Of a stretch of DNA of 64,000 bases, positions 1 through 11,034 are shown piece after piece. Under the pieces are notes generated by a model. It was not told the origin of the DNA and did no database searches. It saw only the letters and a list, made by a program, of their open reading frames with translations. Position 1 is the first letter of the stretch. Each line of letters starts with the position of its first letter. The translations under genes and the position numbers were made by a program. This DNA comes from Octopus sinensis (Eukaryota): contig NC_043005.1 of assembly GCF_006345805.1 (NCBI RefSeq), positions 10,788,001 through 10,852,000 of the forward strand. The letters are read 5' to 3'.

Positions 1-924
1 TACTGCACTAATGCTTTAGAGTGAGCTTTTCTTCTGGATATATGAACTATTGATGATACACACACTCACACACACACACAGAGGTTTTGTTCTCATAATT
101 GTTTCACTAATCCAATAACAACAATACAAAGTATGTAACCATTAAAATGGTTTTTGTGCATTTACAGAGAATACCAAGCTATCTTTCGCAGGATCTTGTT
201 TTTTGGAATTCCCAATAAGTTATGAATACCCAAATTGTGAAGTTCGTTATGTAATAACATGAAATTAGTTACCCGATAGTAAGAATTCAAATAAAATAGC
301 CCTGAAAAAGGCTTTAATGCATTCCCAGAGTATATAGAACTTAGGAGGAAATGCTAATAAGTTATGTATACTAAAATAGTGAAGCATGTTACATAATAAC
401 AGGCCAATCAAAAATGAGATAACAATTCGAAGTAAATAACTCTGAAAGGGGCTTTTGTGTATTCCCAAAGAACATTACCCTCAGTGGTGCTAGTGTTGGT
501 ATATTCACGAATAAGTCACTAACCAAAATAAGTGGATCTATTGTTTATGAAAATACTATTTACTTGTTAAAGGGTTGTATTGGATAAAGTGTGAAAATAA
601 CTCTAACAGTTCAAATATGAAGAAATAAGCATATTCAATTTGATTTATAACAAATAATTTAGGAAAATGAATGGGTTATTTCCCTTGGCTTATATATAAG
701 GTTCCCTTCCATGGGCGAATGGGTTATTTCCCTAGGTTGTTAAAAGAAAATATATTAGATATATATAAGGATCCCTTCCATGGGTCCTATTATCGATTTT
801 TTTTTGTCAACAATCTAAGTGTACCATTAGGTTTCCAGACATGAGTTCTAACTCGCGTGTCAAGTTTCATTAAAATCGAAAATGATTTAGGAGGAGTTAT
901 ACATATATATGTGTATATATACAT

Positions 925-971
<47 letters not shown>

Positions 972-1476
972 CATACATATACACACATATATACACAACG
1001 GCTTAACAGCCTTCACCGTTTCTTTTTACTGTTTTGTTTTCACTGTCCTGTTTTTGTTATCACTTTCACCCTCCACAAAAAATCCCAAATTTTATCTAAT
1101 TTGCTTGGCAGGAAGTACTGTTTTAACGAAGTTGCATATTGCCCTTACCTTCGAAACGCGGAGTAGATAAAACAGGGGACAACTTTATGTTGCATGTCTT
1201 CTTTCTTTGTTTTTTTTTTCATTGTTCGAAAAAAAAGTTTGTTTTCTGTTTTTGTTTTTTATGTTTGCATTTCTCATTGTGTCTACATTTTTTGATGTCC
1301 TGTATCCCATATATGCATGTATATACACATGTATAGGTATGTACATACATGTATGTATATATGCATATATTTATATATTATTTATATTATTACATATATA
1401 TATATGTATATACACACACACACACATATATTTTCACATATATATACTTGGAAATAGATGCGTGGCACTTAATTAA

Positions 1477-1510
<34 letters not shown>

Positions 1511-2068
1511 AAGATGTAGTTCCTTATTATCATCTTCATTTCAGTGTCCTCTTTCCAAAGCTAGCTTGTGTCAGACAGAATTAAATAAAGCAGATTTTCT
1601 ACATTTAGATGCTGTCCATGTTTCCTACCTTCACGTCTGTCTACATGAGTAATAATGCATTTTTGGCTTGATGCCTCTGTAGAAGCAATATTATTGTTTG
1701 TATGATTGTGACACAACCATTCTGTATTGTCAGGACATAGCTACTCACTTACACACACACATACACCACACACTCTCATACAAGTCAAACACTGAGCTTC
1801 TTTCAGTTTCTGCCTTTCAGATTTGCTCACTTGTCTTTGGTGGGAACAAGTTTTTATAGTAAAAGATACTATCCTAAGGTGCTTTGCTCTGGGACCGAAC
1901 TTGAAGCCGTCTAGTTAAGACACAAACTACTTTTTGTCAGTGCCATGTATGTGCTTATTGGCATATAAAAATATACATGTACATATATATGCATAATGTG
2001 TTGTTTATATATTCATTAATATTACATGTGTATATAAATTTGTATTTTGAGTATATTTGCGTGAGTTA

Positions 2069-2104
<36 letters not shown>

Positions 2105-2789
2105 CATATATACACACACACACATTTGCGTGTGCATTTTTAAAACTTAATTTTATGTGTACATGTGCATGTGTGTGTTTCGGGTTGACCAAAACATTAT
2201 GCATGAAGTTTGTGGATGGAAACTGAAAGAAGCCCATTATAATGTGTTTGTTATTGTTTCCTAGCTTTGACGTCAGGTGGTAGTGACCATCATACAAGCA
2301 GTGTTTTTCATTTCCAGTCTATTTTGAAAACATGTCTGGTTATGGGGAAATATTAATATACTTTGAAATAGGTAAGGGTTGATGTCAGGAATGGTATCCA
2401 GCCATAGAAAACATGTCTCAACAAATTCTGTTTAACCCATGCAAGCATGGAAAAGCAAACATTAAAGCGATGATGTTGTTTGTCTGTGTGTGTATAGATA
2501 TGTTTGTAAGTATACACAAGCTTGTGTGTATATGCATACATTAGTATGAACTTTCATTTGTTCAGCTAAACCGTTTAAGGCTGTGCCCCAGCATGGCTGC
2601 AGTCCAATGACTGAAAGAAGTGAGAAATAACAGGTGTGTGTGCATGCACATACACACACACATACCACCTCTCTGCCATGCTGAAAGTCGCATTCAGGTG
2701 TGTATATCCGGTTTGAAAAAGTTGGCAGCATTTTCAATCTAAAATGCTGCACAACCAATTTTGGAGAGAGTCTCTATTTACAGCCAACT

Positions 2790-3740
2790 GTACTTTGATA
2801 GCACTCTCAATACAGGACATCCAAGTATTAGTTGAGCGATTTGCTTGCTAATGAAGAATGTTGCAAACAAGTCAGTGTGTTTTCTATGGGATCCAAGATG
2901 CACCCTAGTTATGCTAACCTTTTTGTAGCATACAGTGATTGAGCAAACCCTTGCCCAGTTCATGAGACCCATCCCAGCTGTTATATTGATAACTGCAGTT
3001 GGGCTGTCATCCTCACCAGATAACATCCCTTTCATTAACTTCTTCACCCCCAACTTGAAACTTACTTCTACCATTTCTGATACCTCCGTTAGTTTTCGTG
3101 ACATCTCATTCACTGTCAGCTATAACTACCTGCCTCCTCTGTTCACTACAAACTTAATGCTTCCAACTCTTTTATACTCTTCTTCTCATCCCATGTGCAG
3201 TTAACTTCCTGTCCCATTCTTTCGAATCTTCCAGCTTTGTTGCCTTTGCAGCCTTGATTCAGATTTTGAATCCCAATGTGTGAGTATAGGACGTTTCCTC
3301 CTGAATCAAGTGTACCCTTGATCAGTTATGAACCCTGAGCTCTGCTAAACCCAGGACAATGAATGCACAATCACTCAGAAGGAACATTACATATTCAGTC
3401 AGAGAACCATAGCACCAATAGGTTTTTCCTTTCATTCCTTCATTTCCTTGTAGTTCAATAAACCCATTCTTACTCTTCAGCACCTCTCACAGTTCAATTT
3501 TTCCTTCCACCTCACCTCCACTCACTTCATTTGGCACATTACATATCTCCTTTCTTCTCCTCCCTCTCTCATCTAGTTTCTCTCTCTCCTATTACGTCAT
3601 GTTTATGTATGTTTTGTGTTCCCCCATCAGTTGCAGCCAGTTTCTTATATACAGACAATGTAAAACTGCTGCCTTTCCTTTTTTTCTCCACCTCCTGTCA
3701 TTTCATCCCCAAAGAAGGACTGTGATTGAAACAATGGATA
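2790..3740 (+). mobile_element. Degenerate Penelope-like retroelement (RT remnant)
   Basis: Frameshifted motifs KQVS..MGSKMHPSYANLFVAY, YIDN (decayed YIDD) and PNLKLTSTISDTSVSFRDIS...LLYSSSHP, typical of PLE reverse transcriptase; CT-rich 3' region follows. Confidence 0.8.
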
Positions 3741-3903
3741 CTCCACTTCCTTGGTCTATATCAATGTACTCTTTCTATTTATTTTTTTGCCAAATTATAT
3801 GTCAGCGTGTCTACTTACAGACACACACTCACACCTGTAATTAAACACATACATATAAAACTTATACACACACATATGTATGCGTGTTACATTTATCTGT
3901 ATA

Positions 3904-4418
3904 GGCAGAGGAGTGGGTGTGTGGTAAGAAGCTTGCTTCCCAATCACATGGTTCCGGGTTCAGTCCCACTGCGTGGCACCTTGGGCAAGTGTCTTCTGCT
4001 ATAGCCTCGGGCTGACCAAAGCCTTGTGAGTAGATTTAGTAGACGGAAACAGAAAGAAGCCCATTGTGTGTGTATATATATATATGTGTGTGTGTGTGTA
4101 TGTATTTATGTGTCTGTGTTTGTCCCCCTCCCTGTCACTTGACAACTGGTGTTGGTGTGTTTATGTCCTTGGGCTGACTGCAGCCTTGTGAGTGGATTTG
4201 GTAGATGGAAACTGAAAGAAGCTTGTGTGTATATATATATATAGTGTGTGTGTCTTGACAACTGCTCTTGGTGTGTTTATGTCTCCTTAACTTAGCGGTT
4301 CGGCAAGGCTTGATAAAAACGATTAAGTACTGGGGTCAATTCATTCACCTAAAATTTCTTTAAGGCAGTGCTCCAGCATGGCCACAGTCTTATGACTGAA
4401 ACAGTAAAGGATGAAAGA
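3904..4418 (+). mobile_element. tRNA-head SINE family A, with internal duplication
   Basis: A-box-like TGGGTGTGTGG and B-box-like GGTTCAGTCCC; internal TA/TG microsatellite; tail GACTGAAACAGTAAAGG; segment GCCTTGTGAG..GAAAGAAGC occurs twice. Confidence 0.85.
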
Positions 4419-4990
4419 AGAAAAAATACACGCACATACATACATATGTGTATATATATATATGTGTGTGTATATATATATGTATATATATATATACTTC
4501 CATATATACATCAATATGTATGTGCATACACACACATACATTCATATGAAGTATAAATATACCAATGATACAAATGTTTGTATATGAATATATATCAGTG
4601 CATACAGGTGTGTTCATGTATATATATATATGTATTTATGTGCCCCAGCATTGCCACAACGTTAGGGCTGAAATGTGTTGAAGAACGCCCCTCCCCCATA
4701 TATATATATATATATATCATCATCATCGTTTAACGTCCGCTTTCCATGCTATACATTAAACATATATGCATATACATAAAGATGTAAGTGTAGGTTATGT
4801 GTGTTTGTGTGGTTAAGAAATAGCTCACTAAACACCTGATTTTGGCTTCAGCCACACTGATTGGCACCTGGGACAGGTACCGTCCACTGTAGCCATGAGC
4901 CGGCCAACGCCTTGTGAGTGAATTTGATAGGCAGAAACTTAGGAAGCCTGGCATGAGAGTGCTTGTTTACATACATACAAATATATATAA

Positions 4991-5144
4991 AGTGGTAAGT
5001 AGCTTGCTAACCAACCACATGGTTCCGGGTTCAGTCCCACTGCGTGGTATCTTGGCAACTGTCTTCTGCTATAGCCCCAGGCCGACCAATGCCTTGTGAG
5101 TGGATTTGGTAGATGGAAACTGAAAGAAGCCTGTCGTATATATG

Positions 5145-5177
<33 letters not shown>

Positions 5178-5387
5178 TTGTATGTGTCTGTGTTTGTCGC
5201 CCTAGCATTGTTTGACAACCGATGATGGTGTGTTTATGTCCCCGTCACTTAGCGGTTCGGCAAAAGAGACCGATAGAATAAGTACTGGGCTTACAAAGAA
5301 TAAGTCCCGGGGTCAATTTGGTCGACTAAAGGCAGTGCTCCAGCATGGCCGCAGTCAAATGACTGAAACAAGTAAAAGAGTAAAAGA
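4991..5387 (+). mobile_element. SINE family A
   Basis: Near-consensus copy ending GAAACAAGTAAAAGAGTAAAAGAG. Confidence 0.9.
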
Positions 5388-5625
5388 GATATTTGCGTGT
5401 GTGTGTATGTGTGAGAGAGAGAGAGAGAGAGAGAGCCTGTGTTAGTGTCACTTTGTCTTGATCAAGCATGGTGGTTGTAAATGAGTGTTATTGCCACACA
5501 TACAGTCTGCTTCCAGTTTTCCGTGCGGACATATCTGGTCATGAGGACATATTACCTTACTTGGAATTTATTGAGTGCTGACAACAGGAAGAGCATCCAT
5601 CCATAGAAAATCTCTTTTCACAAAT

Positions 5626-6300
5626 TCCATCTGATATATATATATGTATATATATATATATATGTTCCATCTGATACACACACACATTATATATATATAT
5701 TCCATCTGATATATATATATATATATATTATATTATTCCATCTGATATATATATGTATATATATAATATATATATATCCCTGAGATATATATATTATATA
5801 TATATATTCCATCTGATATATTTATATATATACTCATCTGATATACAAACATATATATATATATATATATATATTCCATCTGATATATTTATATATATAC
5901 TCCATCTGATATACAAACATATATATATATATATATATATATTCCATCTGAATATTTATATATATACTCCATCTGATATACAAACATATATATATATTAT
6001 ATATATATTCCATCTGATATTTTATTATATACTCCATCTGATATACAAATATATATAATATTATATATTCCATCTGATATATATATATATATATATTCCA
6101 CCTGAGATATATATATATATATATATATATTCCATCTGATATACATACATATATATATATATATATATTCCATCTGATATATATATATATATTATATATA
6201 TATATATATATATTCCATCTGATATATTTATATATATATATATATATATATTCCATCTGATATATTTATATATATATATATATACTCCATCTGATATATA
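5626..6300. repeat. Compound minisatellite TTCCATCTGAT-(AT)n, about 20 units
   Basis: Directly visible repeated core separated by variable AT tracts. Confidence 0.95.
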
Positions 6301-6859
6301 TGTATATATATTACACACACATATACACACTCATATATGTCTATTTATACATACACACATACTCATATGAGTATGTATATGATGCATACTTTATGTGTAT
6401 CATGCTTATGTTGTACATTTCTTATATGCATGTATATATTTCATGCTTATAATACATACAAATATATCTTAGACCAAATATTTTACATGAAGATACTTTA
6501 TTTAAATAAATATATATAAAGTTTACAATATATATATGTGTGTGTGTGTGTGTGTAAAATGTGTATGAAATTTAGAAGTACTTCATGATGTGTGTGTGTG
6601 TGTGTGTGTGTGCGTGTGTGTCTTTGTGCTTGTTTTCAACCAATGGGCAAAACTTGAATTTCTGTTATGGTCAACTGAGTACTGTGGTGTACCTGAGCAC
6701 TGTATACAATAATTTCATTATTATTATTATTATTTTCATTTTCACATTAAATTTGATTCTTCACTTTACTTAAAGTTACACAATTGATAAAAGTTCTGCT
6801 TGTATTTTTTTAATGTGTTTCAAAATATCAACTTGCATTTTGAGTGAACAAGTCTGAGT

Positions 6860-7153
6860 GTACTTATTCTATCAGTCTCTTTCTTTTGCCAAACCACTAA
6901 TGTTTACAGGGATATAAACACACCAACACCGGTTGTCAAGCAGTTGTTGGATGACAAACACAAAGACCGACAAACGCACACATTTATATATGAAGGGATG
7001 GGAGCCTCTTTCAGTTTCTGTCTACCAAATCCCCTCACAAGGCCTTGGTCAGTCCAAGGCTATAGTAGAACACACTTGCCAATTGACATAATGGTATTAT
7101 TGACCCCAGGCTCAATGTGGTTGGGAAGCAAACTTCATACCACGCACCTCCTC
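6860..7153 (-). mobile_element. SINE family A, diverged
   Basis: Reverse complement of family A head and body. Confidence 0.75.
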
Positions 7154-7418
7154 CCCATATATCATCATCATTTAATGTCCATTGTCCATGGCTTGTAATA
7201 TATATGCAGACATAATTATGTTCTTGAGAACACATTGTTCGTGGAAAATAGCGATTTTGACATCTATATCTAGCATATTGACTGTCCACTTTTAGTGGTC
7301 AGTCCTTTAAATTTTGTATGTAAAAAATATTTTAATCTTCGGATTTTTTTAATATGCTAGGCCACTGGTTAAATTGATTAATATCAATTTCTACCCTTAT
7401 TCAATTTTTATATATATA

Positions 7419-7715
7419 TCATCATCATCATCATCATCATTTAGCGTCCGCTTTCCATGCTAGCATGGGTTGGACGGTTCAACTGGGGTCTGTGAAGCCA
7501 GAAGGCTGCATCAGGCCCAGTCTGATCTGGCAGTGTTTCTACGGCTGGATGCCCTTCCTAACGCCAACCACTCCGTGAGTGTAGTGGGTACTTTTTTTAT
7601 GTGCCACTCGCACAGGTGCCAGACGGAGTTGGCAAATGGCCATGGACGGATGGTGCTTTTTACGTGCCACCGGCACGGGGGCCAAGCGAGGCTGGCAACG
7701 GCCACGAACGGATGG
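7419..7715 (-). mobile_element. 5'-truncated RTE LINE 3' end with (GAT)n tail
   Basis: GGATGCCCTTCCTAACGCCAACC motif and (CAT)n on + strand; same sequence as the 50572 copy, which carries the ORF2 C-terminus. Confidence 0.8.
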
Positions 7716-8308
7716 TGTGTGTGTGTGTGTGTGTGCATATATATAGATGTATAGAGAAAGAGGGTGATGTATGTATCGATATATAGTTATATGTGTGCAT
7801 TATGCTTTTATATGTATACTTGTATGCTTATGTATAAATATGTGTGTGTACAGCCAGTTATTTCAAACTCTATGTGTAAGGAAAAACTATGATGTGAACT
7901 AGTGTTTTATAATCCATGTTTCTTTTCACTGAACTCTGGTTATAAAGATCACATAGGGCATATAGAATAAAGAACAGATTCCTGAATTTGATTTTATATA
8001 ATATATCAGTATAAGTTTATGTATGTGTGTGAATATATGTATGTGTATGTTGGCTTATATACATACATACATATATATATATACACAGAGGGGTGGGGAA
8101 TTCTTCTTTGAACACTGTTGTTCAGTTTTCCTTAGAGTTTTTGTTACTATCATATATTTGTCTATATATATATATATATATTTACTGCCACCCCACATAC
8201 GTATATATAAGCACACATATATGTTTACATGTGTTTTGTGTACACATATATTTGTATGTGTGTGTGTGTGTATATATATGCATATATATAAGCATGTGTA
8301 AACATACA

Positions 8309-8347
<39 letters not shown>

Positions 8348-8398
8348 GCATATATATAAGCATGTGTAAACATACATGTGTGTGTGTCTGTGTGTATG

Positions 8399-8468
<70 letters not shown>

Positions 8469-8472
<4 letters not shown>

Positions 8473-8694
8473 GGTTGGCCTTTTAAATCAAAATCCTATA
8501 AATACATACTATCTATAATTCTGTATTGACTCGAATGGAAAAATGTGTTGCTCAATAAGGACATCAGTTTGAACAATTTTCATTGTTTTATTAAATGGTA
8601 TTGTTTTTATTAAATTCATTCAGTTGTTAAACATATATAAATCTTGGAATTGAATAGTTTTGATTTACTGTCAGGTGACTTTTGGCCGACCCTA
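8469..8694 (+). mobile_element. Internally deleted Tc1/mariner element (MITE) inserted in (TA)n
   Basis: Degenerate TIRs GGGGTTGGCC / GGCCGACCC flanked by TA; internal TRMEKCVAQ*GHQFEQF resembles a transposase C-terminus. Confidence 0.6.
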
Positions 8695-8957
8695 TATATA
8701 TATATATCATATATACTGCACTATACTTTTTCATGTTGTGAATGGGAAAAATCAGTGTCCAGGTACAATATAATTTACAGTAATTTAGTTGCATAAAAAT
8801 ACATCTCAGATTTTACTTAGATATGAACAATTTCATTAAAGTATATTCATGTCATAAAAAGATTATTTATCTCCATTTCTCTGTGTATGCCTCTCTCTCT
8901 CTCTGTATGTATGTATATAAATATTTTTTTTTTTCATATACACATATATATATATAT

Positions 8958-8989
8958 ACATACAGAGGGTGAGACATTCATACACACAC

Positions 8990-9020
<31 letters not shown>

Positions 9021-9729
9021 ATATACACACACACACATATTCATACAAACATACATACATATATATATATTTGTGTGAACTTGCGAGCATACACACATAC
9101 TCTCAGATATCTACAAGCAACTTTCTTGATGCCAGTTACTTTGGTAAAGTGAATGCTAAGTTACTGTTTTCTGTTAACGACCCTTTACCATTCTCTAACT
9201 TCTTTATAATATGTGCTTCTTTAGCTTTCTATACACTGTACCAAAATCTTACCTCTCTGCTGCTACTGTGCTGCTGATGTGGTCCCTTTGGATGGTTGGC
9301 AGACTGGATACTTAGATGATGGGTATAGTTTCTCCTTTACAGCCCTGCTGTGGGGATCTGCATTTAGTAACTAGTCAGTACTGAAGAAATATTTCCATGG
9401 TAACCAGAGAAAATGAGAATTTCATGCAGCTGGTCTTAGACCTCAACCAATGATAAAGCTTCTTCTAAGTTGTGGTGAAGTCTTTGTATCATCAAAGTGG
9501 AATGAAATCTTACCCCAAGTCATGCTGCCTCATTCATTTTCAGTTGTGTGTGTGTGTTTCCTCCTGCCAACTTGGAACTAATGTGTTATCCTTCAATCAC
9601 TAAAAAACATGCATTCTAGTAGGATTTAGCACTTTTTGTCTTTTTTTGTATTATTTTTGTACATAGAAAATATAAATATAGATATATCTATATATATATA
9701 ACATACAGAGGGTGAGACATTCATACACA

Positions 9730-9775
<46 letters not shown>

Positions 9776-10445
9776 CACACATATTCATACAAACATACAT
9801 ACATATATATATATTTGTGTGAACTTGCGAGCATACACACATACTCTCAGATATCTACAAGCAACTTTCTTGATGCCAGTTACTTTGGTAAAGTGAATGC
9901 TAAGTTACTGTTTTCTGTTAACGACCCTTTACCATTCTCTAACTTCTTTATAATATGTGCTTCTTTAGCTTTCTATACACTGTACCAAAATCTTACCTCT
10001 CTGCTGCTACTGTTGCTGCTGATGTGGTCCCTTTTGGATGGTTGGCAGACTGGATACTTAGATGATGGGTATAGTTTCTCCTTTACAGCCCTGCTGTGGG
10101 GATCTGCATTTAGTAACTAGTCAGTACTGAAGAAATATTTCCATGGTAACCAGAGAAAATGAGAATTTCATGCAGCTGGTCTTAGACCTCAACCAATGAT
10201 AAAGCTTCTTCTAAGTTGTGGTGAAGTCTTTGTATCATCAAAGTGGAATGAAATCTTACCCCAAGTCATGCTGCCTCATTCATTTTCAGTTGTGTGTGTG
10301 TGTTTCCTCCTGCCAACTTGGAACTAATGTGTTATCCTTCAATCACTAAAAAACATGCATTCTAGTAGGATTTAGCACTTTTTGTCTTTTTTTGTATTAT
10401 TTTTGTACATAGAAAATATAAATATAGATATATCTATATATATAT
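8958..10445. repeat. Near-perfect ~743-bp tandem duplication (8958-9700, 9701-10445)
   Basis: The two copies match except for microsatellite lengths and 1-nt indels. Confidence 0.95.
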
Positions 10446-10655
10446 ACATATAATATATAATAACAACAATAATAATAAATTGTCATTTTGTGTGGCAGTG
10501 GTTTTGTGACAAGCAACTACTAGAGGTGATTCAATGTGACTGCTACACCACACTATTCTAGCAGTAGTGTGAAGTCAGGATTTTACCTTGCTTGTAGTAC
10601 TACTCCACTGTCATCGCTACCTCTGTTTTCTTCCTCTGCTGTATCAATTATTATC

Positions 10656-11034
10656 ATGGAGGAGAAGCGAGCGTACAGGCTCAGTCTCCATTCTTTAATG
10701 ATAATAATTATTATTACAGTTGACTTAATGGCTATTGCTGATGCTTCACTTCCATCTGCACCTACGAAACTTACAATATCGCACATTGAATCTGAATCGG
10801 TTCAATTATCATGGGATAAAGCTAATACTGGAGATGTGTTATCATACATTATATTATATCGGCCATACAAGAGCAACAGGGAATTCAAGGAGATAGGTGA
10901 TGTTAAAAAAACCAGGGGATATATAGTACATCCGCTCAAACCAAATACCAGGTATGAATTTAAAGTTTTGGCCAAAAATAAAAACGGACATGGTCCTGCA
11001 AGTGAATCAGTATTGGGATTAACTGGCCCCACTG
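10656..11034 (+). CDS. Coding exon: probable signal peptide plus one fibronectin type III domain (cell-surface or secreted protein; partial gene)
   Basis: Translation LPSAPTKLTISHIESESVQLSWDKANTGDVLSYIILYRP...YIVHPLKPNTRYEFKVLAKNKNGHGPASESVL carries the FN3 hallmarks (PxAP, strand-B W, YxI/Y, LxPxTxYxFxVxAxN, GxG..S). ATG 10656 has a strong context (ATCATGG). MEEKRAYR-LSLHSLMIIIIITVDLMAI-ADA fits n/h/c signal regions. Donor ACTG|GTTAGT at 11035 (phase 1). Alternative reading: internal 315-nt phase 1-1 exon from acceptor TTACAG at 10719. Confidence 0.85.

Noticed and set aside
168-262. Apparent laminin-G-like start ENTKLSFAGSCFLEFP after TTACAG
   Set aside because: Closed by a stop at codon ~32, only weak donors, and it overlaps a degenerate repeat.
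5626-6300. CRISPR-like repeat/spacer appearance
   Set aside because: 11-nt core, low-complexity AT spacers, eukaryotic context, no cas genes.
10536-10655. N-terminal 40 aa of the track ORF 10536-11039
   Set aside because: Starts at GTG with an in-frame stop at 10527; ATG 10656 or acceptor 10719 is more plausible.
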